DNA of 64,000 nucleotides from Marsupella aquatica (GCA_973895155.1 OZ316897.1:18138457-18202456); one strand, 5' to 3'; shown: positions 49,091 through 63,093, counted from the first letter of the stretch. Numbers and translations: made by a program. The notes: generated from the sequence alone by a model not told the origin.

Positions 49091-50570
49091 TTAATCCGTG
49101 GACCCCCATGTTCATCCAAGGAATGTGTGTGTGATTAAGTGAAATTAATTTTCAGCAAAATGATAACTGACGGTTTTGAGTCTCCCGATAGTGTTGGTGT
49201 GTGCTCGTACAAAAGAAATGCTCAAAAAATAGAGATTTATCAAATGAAAAGTTGAATGTGGAAGAATTGAGTTTTTTGACAGATTTTGCTTACACATTGG
49301 AGAAATCATGTTTCAACCATTCTTGATTGTTTGTGAGTTACATTGAGCATTACCGCCACCAGACAGATTGGAGCACAACACTCAGCTGTTGGCGAAAGAG
49401 CGCTTGTCGATTCGGTGGGAAGAACACACAAAACGAACGAGCCATCACTTCACACAAAGGATTTGTAATTATTTTTATTTAAGAAATCTATGGTGTGAGG
49501 GGAAGACCAACAATTGTTTCTTTGACATAGAGGCTGCATTTGGTGTCAACCTGTGTTCAGAGTGAGCTTTAGTTGAAGACTATCTAAGAGATGCAAACAA
49601 TTCAAGCCGGGAAGCACGCATTGTGGACAAGCAATGGCAACGTAATCAAAGAAATCAATTTGTAGCGGCTAAGTTTGTGATGGTAACGAGATTGTGATAC
49701 CTCTTAATCGAGAAAGGGTTTCCAATGAGCCTCAGATTGACAAATTTTGTCAAGTTCCATATGAGTTTTTGAATTTCTTTGCCTTTCCAATGAGTGTGAG
49801 TATTAAAAATTTTGATCATGAGTTCATGAATTCTTTTAGCTTAACAACATTGAGTCCGACATTGACAAATTTTATGTCAGATTTTATCACAGTATTAAAG
49901 AGATCAGGAGATATTTCAATCTCTTTAGCTTTTTAATGTGTGACATTGAGATTATTTGTCAATAAATAGAGAGATCATGAGTATCTAAATTTCTCTAGCT
50001 TTCCAATGAACCTAACATTGATAGATTTTGTCAAGTACTAAGGAGATGATGAGTTTTTATTTTTACTCTAGCTTTCCAATGAGTGTGACATTGAGAGATT
50101 TTATCAAGACATTACTAAAAGGTCATGAGTTTCTAAATCTCGATCTTGAGTTTTCCAATGAATCAAACATTGATAGAGTTTATCAAGTATTAAGGAGATT
50201 TATTATTTAGTTTTACAATGTGAAGCCAAAGGGGTTTTAATTATGTACATTTCTATCGATTGGTTTTTTCAAACTTACAAACAATTAAAAAATACAAGCA
50301 TTTTGATATAAAACATTGGTATATCTTTGACAAACATCAAAATGATAACTTTGTTTTTACTAAATGACATCTCTTTCTTTGTATTTTGGTTTTTTTACGT
50401 TTACTATTTACGGCATGGCGCCCCAAAAATTACGTTGCTTTTGCCACAAACAGGAATGTGCACGTTTGTTATTGTTAAAAGTAGGATCATTCCTGTTTGT
50501 GGCTGGTTGTGGTGATGTGGTGCAACCTCATGGCAGAGAATTTGCAAGAGACCCCTAATGGGGGTCCGTA
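49091..50570. mobile_element. Non-autonomous TIR DNA element (family unresolved)
   Basis: Absent from the paralogous site near 8940-8950. TIR core GGACCCCCAT (49100-49109) / ATGGGGGTCC (50558-50567). A/T-rich TAA-like junctions. Internal degenerate 70-80-bp repeats at 49700-50220 (TTTCCAATGA...ATTGA.AGATTTT.TCAAG). Confidence 0.65.
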
Positions 50571-51448
50571 ATAATAGGCCAATGTTAGGGTGGTGCACAA
50601 ATGTTGCAACATGCAATGCTAGGGTGGTGCACAAATGTTGCAACCATGTTGTTGTTGCAAAAAGTGCCATTGAAGCAGAGGGCGAGTTTGAAGGGGACAA
50701 GCCAGGTTGGGGTGTGGGTTGTGAGCTGTGCCTGGCTCTGTGAGGTGGGCTTTAGGGCAAGGCATGGGCGTGGTGGCAAGGGTGGCATTTGGGCATTGGC
50801 GGCATCTGGATCTCTGAGGGTCAGGGTGATTGAGCGGATGGGGAGGGCAAATGGAGGGAGTACTTCTTGGATGGGAAGGCAAGCAACGGGGCACATATGT
50901 TGAGCATAGACGACATTCGCAACGGCAAGCCCATGAACCATCCAACGCACAATAGTCGACACAGAGAGATACGTGGTTCACCTCCACATGAGGCTACGTC
51001 CACGGGAACACACAAGAGTTTTATTGCACTCTAGGCCGACCGGCCATACCAAGCATTCACAGCACAAGCTCTCCCTATCTCTCAACTAGCTCCGTAATAA
51101 TGAGCCTAAGTTCCACCAGGGTCTGACATCAGCCCTGGCTATATGCACAACAGCACTACCGCTAACATTAGCTAAGTCCTAACCCAAGTTAGCCTAACTG
51201 TAGTTAGCTCATGAGTCACAAGACTAGAGCAATATCTAACAAACTCCCCCTTGACTCTTGTCTTGGGGACTGGACTAAATGCTACCATATGGAATCCTCA
51301 GCGAGAAGTTCTAGACAATCACCAAACCAGGTCTCCCCCTAAAAACCACAAGGGTTAACTAAGGGTTAACTAAAACTAAGCCGTAGCCAAACAAGAATGA
51401 GTAATCCATATACAAATAGTCACACATTGCTAAATAACTCTACTTGTA

Positions 51449-54400
51449 CTACAACTGCAAAACCTGCAAAGTAACACGGTGTCTTGAGAAACTCTCCAAA
51501 TGAATCACTTTGGTAAAGGCATCAGCGGGATTGAGCTTTCCATGAATCTTGACTAGCTCAAAAGTTTTATCAGACACTGTGTAGTATTGCACTAAGGACA
51601 TAAATCAACATTTAATGTCCAAAACTCGGTATTCGATCCCATGGAAGAACAAGAAAGGAATGATTTTCTATCATTTAACATTTATGAATGACTAAGGTAA
51701 CAAAAACACAGGTTTGAGCCTTTACTATGGTTGCTCAGCAAGGCATAGATTTGAATGTTTGCTTAACATTGTAAATGCAATTAATAAAATAGAAACAAAT
51801 AACAAAACACAATAAAATCTTGAGGTATGATGAGGGAGTCTGGAAAACACCAAGGTAACTTCTCAACAACACTTCATTTGATGTGATTTGGGTGGTATAT
51901 CCGTAAGAACATTTCTGGAATGGTTTATTGTACTAGGATGATTACTAAAATGCCGTCAACACGTCTCAACTTTTCCTTCCAAAGGTACTCAGTAGAAACT
52001 AGTAATCAGTCACTTCTGCATCCAATCAGTACTTTGCATCACGAACCATAAACACCATCATGATCAAATTGAAGTCACGGGTAATTGGTGAATAACAATC
52101 TTTGCATCCCGTGCACAAGCAATGTCACGCCAAAAACTATGCATCAAGAACTCAAGAAGATGGGTTGTCACCACTTAAGAAATCTATTCCCCATACTTAT
52201 GAGATTCAACTTCATACAAGTAATTTTACTTCAATGATCTAAACTCTCAATCATTCAGACCAAGGAAGGGAGAAGAATTCATTTGCATTTGCAAGCTCCA
52301 TACCATACGAAAACACACGAAAGCTTTGCAAAGGTGATTCCAGTGCTGCAGCACATGCCACAGGCACTACTTTATTTTTTCACACTTGAGAATGACACAA
52401 ATTCTACTTCATATAGGCTAGTAGGAAGACAAGGAGACTGAGATACTGAAAGGACATGCCCTTTCATATCTAAAGGGTTTTGAATAAACTTAATGACGGT
52501 CATCCTTGAAAAGTGAATGGACACTGCTGAAAGTGTCGAAAATGCAGGGGACGCTTCTCAAAGCGTCGAGGTTTGAGCGGACGTTTTGCAAAGCGTCAGT
52601 GTTTGCGGTAAAACTAATAAACAGTGATATTAATCTAATTTTAACTTCTAAACTAAGAGTTGGAATGAGTTGAAACTTTTCTAGGGTACTCTATTACATA
52701 TAATCTCTATGCTGACAAAGTTTCAGACTTTTCTGAGATCTCTAAGTGCCTCAAATAAATTGGTAAAAGCGGCGCAATGTTATAAAAGTGCGAAAACTGA
52801 AAATTTTTCTAAGTGTCGGGAATATAGTGGACGCTTCACGAAGCGTCCAAAACTACAAAGGACTTTTGTGGACGCTTCAGAAAGCGTCGGCTGAATTTCG
52901 AGGTTTTGGTCGCAGCGTCCGTCTTCTGGCCTTTGGGTGGGATGCTTCATGAGGTGTCGCAGTGTCGATGTTGCCTTTGGGGTGGCGGACACTTTTGTCA
53001 GGCGTCGATACTTGGTGGACGCTTCTCAAAGCGTCGTGATCCTGGGTGTCGGGAACATAGTGGACGCTTCTCAAAGCGTCCAAAAATACAAGGGACGCTT
53101 CTCAAAGCGTCGGCGAAGTCGCGGCTATGTGAAAAATAGCAAAACTAAATTAATTCTAACTTTCAAACCACAAGTTGGTTTGAGCTGAAACTTGCAGGGA
53201 TGATTCTACTACGTAACTACTAACTCCTGAAAAAGTATAAGACTTTTCTGACCATGATAACTATTTAACTAAAATAGCTGAGATTGGCTGATCTTGATAA
53301 TTGTATACAGAGCTCATTCTTGCTGAAGAAGTGTTTTGGAGTCCGGCTCTTGAATCTTCTAGTCTGCATTGCTTCTCCAATGATGTCCAGTCTTCTTTCT
53401 TGGTAGCATGTAAAGAGCAAGGATTTATATTGTCGATCCTTGTCCAATATAGGCAATGGCTTCCGATGAAGCATAACATTAGGTAAAGTGTTCAGTTGAT
53501 CTAAATTGCTACAAAAGGTAACTAGATTGCACCTTTGAGTTAGAAAAAGTTCAAAATTTCTAAAATTTCCATCATTTCTAACTAGTGTACTGTATTACAC
53601 ACTGCTTGCCTGATAAAATGGTACCTGATATCAATGTGCTTCACCCTGCTATCCATCACCTGGTTAGTTGCCAAGTGAAGAGCACTCTGACTATCACAGT
53701 TTAGAGTCATTTTGCCATGCTCTAAACCCATCTCCGCGATCAACTTGTCCAACCAAATTGCTTCCTTTGTTGCTTCTGCTGCTGCAACATACTCTGCTTT
53801 TGTAGTAGACTGAGAAATGCACTTCTGCAAGGTAGATTTCCAACTGATACATCCTCCTCCAAGAGTAAATACAAACCCAATTGTAGACCTCTTTGTATCC
53901 AGACAACCTCCATAGTCAGAATTTACATAGCCAACTAACGTTCTATCTGATCTATTATCAAATAGTAATCCATAGTCCTGTGTACCCTTGAGATACCTAA
54001 GAATCCATTTCACAACTTCCCAATGTACCTTCCTTGGATTTGACATGAATCTGGTGACCTTGCCCATCGCTAGGGCCAAGTCAGGCCTAGTACAAGTCAT
54101 CAAGTACATCAGACTGTCTACTGCCTTCTCATAAGGAATCTTAGCCATCAGACCTTTCTCCACAGCATCCGTAGGAGAGAAAGCCGATGATAACTTGAAA
54201 TGTGAAGCTAAAGGAATACTCACTGGCTTATAGTTTTCCATGTTGAATCGTAAGTACTTTTCTCGCATACTAGCCTTGACTCAAGCACAAGTGTCCAGTA
54301 TCAGAGTTCCTAAAAATCTCCATCCCTAAGATCCTCTTGGCCTTACCAAGATCCTTCATTCTGAATTCAGCACTCAATATCGCCTTGAGACTGTCAACCT

Positions 54401-57400
54401 CAAATTGATCTTTAGCCACAATCAGCATGTCATCCACAAAGATTACTAGAATGATGAAACCAAATACATCATTCTTGATTGATTTCGTATACACACAAGG
54501 ATCATACACCATCCTTGTAAAACCTTGAGCAAGCATGAAATCATCAAACCGCTTGTTCCATTGTCTTGGAGACTGCTTCAATCCATACAAGGACTTGAGC
54601 AATCTGCAAACTAAGTTTTCTTGGCCCTTCTTCATAAAACCTAGTGGCTGTCTCATGACGATCATCTCTTCCAAGTTGTCATAGAGAAAAGCAGTAACAA
54701 CATCCATCTGATCCATCACCAGATTAAAAAACACAACAAGCTAACACAAGATCCGAATTGTGAAATACTTAGCCACCGGTGAAAAGACCTCATTGTAGTC
54801 CACTCCTTTCTCCTGAGTGAACCCCTTGACAACAAGCCTTGCCTTGTAGATCTTATCTCCACCCTCTGAAGGACTGTCCTTCAACTTGTAAATCCACTTG
54901 TTGTCCACCACTTGCTGACCTCTTGGAAGCTCCACCAGCTCCCATGTCTTGTTGTCACTCAAAGATTGCAACTTCCTTTGCATTGCTGCATTCCACTCAT
55001 GCTTTTGCTCTGAAGCACAAGCTCACTATACGAAGAAGGCTCTCCTTCTTCCAAGATCAAAGCCATGTCACCTTCATCAGGTGCAATGTCAATATCATCT
55101 AGCTTAGATGAGTCTGCCCATTGACCATACCTGGTAGGAGCTCTAGTAGAATGACTGGAAGTTCTTCTAGTAAATGACTCAGGCTGATCTGTTGCTACTG
55201 CTGGCTGAATTTGAGGTACCCCAACAAGAATCTGCTCCTCTTGTTCCATCACAGGAACAAGCTCCAAGCCCGGAGCTTCTCCATCTCTCCTGTCATGAAC
55301 AACATCATGACTAATCTCCCCCTCAACCCGGTCCGGGATGGGAGATTTCCCCTTGTCAGTATGGGAGTCCTGAGAACTCTCCCCCTCCTTTGATGATCTG
55401 GACTCATTAAAGGACACATCTCTACTGACAATAAGCTTACAGGTTACTGGATCCCATAACGCTTCACACCTTTCTGATAGCCAAGGAAAATGCATTTCTT
55501 CAACTTGGACTCCAGCTTGGATCGAAGCTGGGAAGGTGTAAGCACATAAGTATCACATCCAAAAATCCTCAGATGTGAGTAATGTGTTGGACGCCCGTAC
55601 CTCATTTCAAATGGCGTCTTGAATCCAATAGAACTGGATGGAGAAAAATTTACCAAATAAGCTGTAGTGTTGACAGCTTCAGCCCAAAACTCATGTGGTA
55701 AGCATGATTGACTCAACATACTCCTCGAGCGGTCCAATAATGTTCGGTTGAGTCTTTCAGAAACACCATTATGCTGAGGAGTATAACTTATAGTGAGATG
55801 ACGGGTGATCCTCTGCTCCTTATAATACGTTCTAAATTCCCTGGAACTGTATTCACCGCCGTTATCCGATCGAAGATATCTCACCTTATTACCAGTCTGA
55901 TTCTCAACTTGGGCTTTCCACTCCTTAAAAGTAACAAAAACATCAGACTTACTATGTAGAATGTATATCCACACATACCTTGAGTAATCGTCTATGAACG
56001 TGACATAGTATAACCGTCCAGAATGTGAGGGAGTAGGGGCTGGACCCCACACATCACTATGTACATACTCAAGTACCTCCTTGCTGGTGTGAGCTCCAAC
56101 TTCGAAGGGTTTCCTGTGCTGCTTCCCAAGCACACAGTGCTCACAAAATTCCAACTTACAAGACTGCAAATTAGAAAGCAATCCTTTTTTCTTAAGAATA
56201 GCCAAACCTTTTTCACTCATGTGGCCCAAACGGAAGTGCCACAGCCGGACCGTCTCCTCATGAGATAAGGTTACATTGGCTTCATCACAAACTACACTGC
56301 CCTCCAAAACGTATAGATTGCTATGTCTCTTTCCCTTCAATACAACTTTAGTACCAGTTGAAACCTGAAGGACACCATTAGCAGAACTCCATTGATGGCC
56401 ATTTGCTTCTAAAACTCCAAGTGAAATAAGATTTTTCATCATGTTGGGAATATGTCTCACATTCCTCAACGTTCTCACAGCACCATCAAACATCTGAAAT
56501 CTAATAGATCCAAGTCCAACTACTTGACATGGGATTCCATTTCCCATCAACACTGACCCGTTGGAAACCGTGTAAGAACTGAAAAAATCTCTCCTAGAGC
56601 AAATGTGAAAAGTACATGCACTATCTAGAATCCAGTCATGACTACCTGGATTTGACACTACATTGAGAGCATAACCTTGGCATCACAATATGTCATCATC
56701 ATCGAGAAAATCTACCTCATGCAAGCTCGAAACCACGTTAGCTGAAGCAGTAGGATCCTTTACTCGACAATCCTTTTTCATGTGGCCTGGCTTGCCACAT
56801 CTCCAACATGCAAGAGGCTTCCTCTCTTGCGATTTCCCTCTGGATTTAGATCTTCCTCGTGATGTAGATTTAAACCTATTCTGCCCATTCGTGCACTGCG
56901 TTGCTTTTCCCCTGTTCACATTGAGCGCAGTGCCAAAAGAAGATGCTGTCTGTGATTGACCCAACTTCTTCTGAGCATCATTAGATAGCAAGGAGCTCAC
57001 CACCTCATTATACGAAATGGACTTCAGATCTCTGTACAAGAGCACTTGTTTCAAGCCCTGATATGACGGCGGTAAGGAGCTTAGCAGAAGCAAGGCCTTA
57101 TCCTCATCTTCAACTTCTTTTCCCAGGTTTGACAGATCCACCGCTAGACTGTCAAACTCATCCAGGTGATCCTGCATCTTGCTCCCTTCTTTGAGCCTGA
57201 GGCTCATCAAGAGAGACTTCTTGTACAGCCGGTCTGACGCATCTTCCCGGTAGTACTTCTCTCTTATAGCCTTGAACAGTGACGCACAATCTGCATAATC
57301 ATCCAACTACTTGATAATGTGCGGCTTGAGATAAAGCATCATTGCATTGATAGCAATCACCTGCTCCTGTCTCCACTGCTTCTCTAAGATCTCCTCTTCT

Positions 57401-57747
57401 CCATCATACTGCTCTCGTGAAGAGAGCAGATGAGCTAAGCCCATGGCCCGAAGAACACCCTTCACTTGCTTCTCCCACAACAAGTAATCAGTACGTCCAT
57501 CGTACTTCTCCGCCTCAAACTTCACTCCTCCAAATCTAGCCATCTCCCTCTTCTTCCCCACTACCGATAGCTCTGGTAGTAGTACAGCTTCCTCCACTGC
57601 ACGCCGCACCGGTGATCGTACCGGTGACACTAGTTCTTCCTCAAATGGTAGCAGCTCCTCCTCAGACTCTCCGTTTGACCGTCGCAATCCTGAAGCTCCA
57701 TCGACGCCAATTCTTCCAGTATCCTCCGAGTCACTCATATGAAACAA
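51449..57747 (-). pseudogene. Copia-3 gag-pol, broken by stops, frameshifts and an insertion in RNase H
   Basis: KFEAEKYDGRTDYLLW, CWRCGKPGHMKKDC, WILDSAC, HSDVWGP, SDNGGEY, YGLKQSPRQW, FVDDM. RNase H FIRQAV|SDKTFELVKIHGKLNPADAFTK resumes at 51579 after the insertion. Confidence 0.92.
51580..53599. mobile_element. Solo LTR (2020 bp) inserted in the Copia-3 RNase H
   Basis: Ends TGTAGTA...TATTACA; perfect 5-bp TSD CACTG at 51575-51579 and 53600-53604; no coding capacity. Confidence 0.85.
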
Positions 57748-58853
57748 TCACGAAAAAACATCTTTTTTTGAAACTTCTCATAAAACTCAAAACTCAACAC
57801 CGCCACGTAGCCCACGAAGCTAGGAGTCCAATACTTAAAAGCCGCGGTTTTAAACGAGAAAAGTGGACGCTGCCGACGGGTAATGTTGTCGAATTGTACC
57901 GGCACAGTCTGTAGCTCCAGCAGAGAAAAAAAATTCCGCCGCATCGTCTTCACTCCGCGTCAAGTGCCAATCTTGGGCTCAAAATGACTGCCTCGCCACG
58001 ATCAAACCGTTGAGCCGTAGCACTTTGCGTTTCTTCCACCGAGTCGGATGTCACAAAGAGAAACCCGGTTCAAATGAGAACAAGCTCCATAGCTTGTGAA
58101 AAAACCTGAACGCCTCCTTCACTCGTCACGACGCACTCGGTAACAACTCAGCAGCAATCCAGTTACCGAAATGACCAGCTCACTTCAACCTTCAACTTAA
58201 GCTATAATGTGCGATCCCCCGAACACCGCACAGCTCACACCGTTGAACAACGCAAACTCTGGTCTCTCCCTTGAAATCCCGTCGAACATGAATAAAACCT
58301 GAACGACACAAACTTCAATTCCTCCGCATCACGGACACCGATCAGCGAGTTCTAACCACCGTTAGAAAGCCCTCTCACTAACCTATCCGCTCAGCCACAC
58401 ACATTTGAGTTTCATGCGACGAAACTCCAAATGTGCCACCGACAATGAACGCTGGAAAAACCTATCACGAAATAACCTCGTCACCTCCCAGGCATGCTCT
58501 GATACCACTTGTTGAGCATAGACGACATTCGCAACGGCAAGCCCATGAACCATCCAACGCACAATAGTCGACACAGAGAGATACGTGGTTCACCTCCACA
58601 TGAGGCTACGTCCACGGGAACACACAAGAGCTTTACTGCACTCTAGGCCGACCGACCATACCAAGCATCCACAGCACAAGCTCTCCCTATCTCTCAACTA
58701 GCTCCGTAACAATGAGCCTAAGTTCCACCAGGGTTTGACATCAGCCCTGGCTATATGCACAACAGCACTACCGCTAACATTAGCTAAGTCCTAACCCGAG
58801 TTAGCCTAACTGTAGTTAGCTCATGAGTCACAAGACTAGAGCAATATCTAACA

Positions 58854-61005
58854 ACATAGAGGGGTCACAATATGTCATTTTCAAAAATCCCATAGTGAAG
58901 AAAATGGGGAGGGGAATCCAATGGCTTTGCTTGGTTTCTGCCCAAAATATCATTTTGTAAGGAAACCATTGGGGAGAAACAAGGATATTCCCAGGATTGA
59001 CCTGGTGAGCCATGGAGATTTTACAACACATACAGTTTACACTGGTTAATTCTGAAGTCTAGTTAATTGCATCACTTCATACAAAGTTGGAAAGAATTGC
59101 TTATCCTAGCTTTCTGGCCTCTCCTACTTTTCATCAAACTTTGGTGAACAGCCGATAACACTCGCCTATGCTTTTTACCACTTTGTGGTATTTGTGCATC
59201 TCGTGGGATTTCTTTTGTTTGGTTTCAATGAATTTCTGCAAATTGCGCCCCTCAAAGCCCATAACAACCCCTTTCATACCAGTGAATTTGTATGTTAAAT
59301 ATGGCACAGAAGTTTTGTTTGTCTTTTGGCTAGCCTTAGCAAAATGACACATTTTAGAAACCACCAGGTAATTCTCGTATTTCAAAATGCCCAATGATAA
59401 CATTTGCAACATACAATTACTTCATCACAAAAACCATTTTGGGTCATTTTGATGTTCATTTAATGTAGATTATATTAGTGCAAATGTCTACATCTGTTTG
59501 ATGTCATTTCTACGACACCCTATCAATAATATCCACCTACAATATTGGATATACAATCACATTAAAGATATAGAAATGGGGGTGCTTGACCAAACCTCTG
59601 CCTTGATTGGACTTCCACTTTCAAATCTCTTGATGGAGAGTTTTTTTATACCATGCTTATTAACCTTGCATCTACCACAATGTCTGCTATCATTCATGGA
59701 TGAGAGCATCATTCTCTTGATTATTCATGGACTAAAGCAGAAGTGGGCAAAGTAGTTGAGAGAGGGGAAATTGAGTTTTGTCAAGGGGAGGGCAAAAATT
59801 GGATGTAAAATAGACATAGATCATTTTCATAGACACACAAAAATGTGAACATTGTGTAATGCTCTAAGAAATGCTGAATGGCACATGGTTGACACAAATA
59901 TGGTGGGCAATGACGATGGCAAGCAAGGGAGGAATGTTGGGAAGGGAGGGGAGGATCAAGTGAATGAGGAAGGGAGACAGGAGGCAAGTCATGTGTCATG
60001 TGCAATGCACTATCTAAATGAAAGATTGTTGGAAGGAAAATTTATGGCAAATGACATGGTCAACATGAAAGATTAATGTTGACCTGAAAATTAGCTGACA
60101 GAAACCACTAACACGCAAAAAACAGTAAACACAAAATAGAATTATTATTTAGAGCTTGAGTAGAAACCCCATGAGTTTGGTACCTTGCCTTGCATGTGTA
60201 CGTACAAGTGGGCCAGAGCATCAACAACTTGCATACCTCCATGCACTCCCAAACCTCCCTTCCATTATTTCCCTTCTTCAGCAAGTTCCACGGGGAGGAA
60301 AAGATCAAACAAGAGAGAGGGACCGAAAAATAACATAGGGATTGAGGTAAAGAACACAAATTTGGGAGAAAGAAAACTAACCTCGGGAGGGCAAAAGAAT
60401 AATTTAATCAACAAGGGGTAGGAAAAAAAAACCATTTTGGGGTCAGCTTGTAGTTTATCATCAAACCCCTATAGTCATGGTCAGTCTCTTTTGTGTTTGT
60501 TGGGGTATGGAATGAACTGCAATAGAATTGCAATCGACCGTTGTTGATGTAACAAAGCAGATTGGGGGACAGATTGGGGGCCAAAATGGGGGTGAGTTTT
60601 GGCCTTGTTTGCTCGTTCTCTCCTGACTGGCCCCAGCCATGCATTTCACTCCTCATAAAATCCCTCTTATTGTTGGCTTGTATGTTTTTATTTTATTTTA
60701 TAAATTTTAAGGGAAACCCCACACAAAGGGAAGAGTCAGCCACAATAGTTGGGAAGAGTCAGCCCACTATAGTTGAACCCAAGACCTATCAGTCTCTACT
60801 CATTCAAGTGAGCTACCACAAAGTCATACCTCTTTGGGCGGCTTGTATGTTCTTAGGAGGTTGTTTGTCACAACCCTGGTTAACATACGTCATGGACCCT
60901 TAGTCCTGACTAACCTTGCAAGGGGATCAATAATGAAATCAAAGTCAAAGATTTGGGCCAAATAGAGTTTTTGGTAAATCAATTGGGTAAGAGGCCCAAC
61001 AAGGC
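58854..61005. repeat. Non-coding duplicated segment, right copy (continues at 50570-50897 across Copia-3)
   Basis: Reverse complement of about 4806-8610, lacking the LINE and the 7510-8453 block. Confidence 0.9.
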
Positions 61006-62964
61006 TAGTCGCAGAACTCAACTACTCTACCACTTAGCTCCGGCGCCTAGCTCCTCTGTGGTCCAATCGCCGGGATGGTCATCCAAAAGGGACTAACATA
61101 TGAGAAGACTTGAGAGCAAGGAAGCGTTACACTAGCAAAGGTGGTGTGCGGAGCTATGGTTGCGCACAAGGGCCTCGGACTAGCGTGTCGTGTGCATACA
61201 TATTGCTACACAACATATATCGCGTATTGATCACACACATCCAAACATAAGAGAATGAGGTACAAGCGGGACTCATGCATGTCCACACATGTCCAAAACC
61301 CACAATAATCTTCCAAGACTCAAACTCCGATTGACGCCAACAAAATACAATCGATCGTGCCCAATCTGACCACACACATATGTTGAGCCACATGCACCTT
61401 GCGTTCAAGGAATCCACGTTTATGCATTCAGATCTGGCCGGCCACACCATAGCCGCCAAACCTGATGCTTGATGGCTCAACATCAAATGATGAGGCCCTC
61501 AATCCACCACAAAGGATAAATATCCCTCCAAACTTGAATTGAACCCTATTGGCTCATATATAGCACACATATGAAAGATCTAAACTAAAACAACATGATA
61601 TACTCTAATAGCACTCATAATGGTGTGATAGGCGATGTTATGAGTTGGTCAGGCCATGAGAAGAGTAGTGCTTAGGGCGGGCCGTCTGGTTTCCCGGATG
61701 GACTCTGAGTTCTGAGGGCCTGAGTAAAAGCTCATCCACGGCCTAAGTGCAACAAAGTTTAGTTCATGTGGAATAGATGCTTAATGCATGAGAATTGGGG
61801 GGGGGGGGGGAGGGGGGAAAAATAGGGGGTCACCAAAGTTGGTCTAGGGTGACATATTGTCAAAAGCATATATGAAGAGAAGTGGTGTCTCTCAGTGGGC
61901 CAGGGGCGAGCCCAAGTTGTGAAATGTGACCGTCGCGCTACTAAGCTAGGGCCGGAAGACACCGAATAGAAACGACAATATTTCTTCAACAGGAAGTCTG
62001 GTAGAGGACTTCTTGGGTGCATTGGAAAGATCGCAAGTAAAGTTACCTCCTCCTAATATTGGTTGGGTTTGGGGTGACTTTGGTTCTCACATTTTGCAAA
62101 GGGCTATCTCGTTCGCTTGTCGATCCTGCCAAAACAACAACCAATCCATGTTCGGTGCAATGTCTCCCCCGCTTGTGTTGGGGAGGCATTGCATACTAGG
62201 TCTAGGTGTTGAGGTCCAAGTGTCCCATGCCCCTATGATCCTAGTTCAATGGACCCGTAGGAAAGCTACGAGAGTCAGGACTGGGCTGGTCCCAATGCTC
62301 TGGGAAAAGCTTTGGGACAATGCTAGCAATTTGGGCCATGGGCATGTCTTGGAGGTAGGGTGGTCAGCTAGTGACGCATAGATAGTGGGGAAGCTTGGGC
62401 AGCACATGATAGAGGGGCTATTATGGACAAACAATGGGCGCCAACCTTGGCTGTGGCTTATGGCAAGGCCATGCGGACCTGGGAGACTATATCCACTGAC
62501 CTATTTATTAACAATTGTTGGGATCCAAAGTCAAGGTTACTTAGTTACTGGTTGGGTTGGTTGCTTGTGCAGATAGTAGGGACTGTTGAGCGATGGTCAT
62601 GTTGAGGAGTAGGTGTGACTTTGTATGAGAGTTACCGCTGACGGTGATAGAAGCACTGGGTTGTCTGCTCGTGGAGTTCAGTGGTGACACTTGGACACTC
62701 AAAATACTTAGCCAAGACTACTGAGTTTGGTGAGGGTATTTAGTGGCTAGGTCCACCACTAGGTTGCTACAATAGGTGGAGGATAGGAGCTACCATAAAT
62801 AGGGCTGGTGAGGCAGATTCACCGCTAAATGTCCAGGTGAGTTATTCTATTCAGTTGCATGTTAATTCTGCCTCACGAAAAAATAGACTACCTGGTGACT
62901 TATAAATTGACTTCACTCAAAACGCCACTAACCCCAGAAACTCACCCTGCATTGACTGATTTAG

Positions 62965-63093
62965 GGAAACTATAATACACGCAGGCATTTAAGGAAAACT
63001 ATAATACACTCAGGTGCTTACACAAGGTTGGAAACTATAATACACACAGGCATTTAAGGAAAACTGTAATACACTCAGGTGCTTACACAAGGT
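62965..63093. repeat. 65-bp tandem duplication built from about 30-bp subunits
   Basis: GGAAACTATAATACAC.CAGGCATTTAAGGAAAACT.TAATACACTCAGGTGCTTACACAAGGT twice. Confidence 0.9.

Larger units (their letters stand above)
50898..58853 (-). mobile_element. Decayed Ty1/Copia (Tnt1/Tork-like; Copia-3) with a nested solo LTR
   Basis: 344-bp LTRs at 50898-51241 and 58510-58853 with 7 differences counted by eye. TSD ACATA at 50893-50897 and 58854-58858. PBS TGGTATCAGAGC at 58496-58507. PPT GGGGGAGTT. Confidence 0.95.

Noticed and set aside
52520-53111. Palindromic repeats with spacers resembling a CRISPR array
   Set aside because: Eukaryotic LTR context, irregular spacing (about 11 to 230 bp), spacers similar to one another, no cas genes.
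1-58853. All five confidently oriented retroelements lie on the minus strand
   Set aside because: Chance probability is about 1 in 16; too few events to claim a bias.
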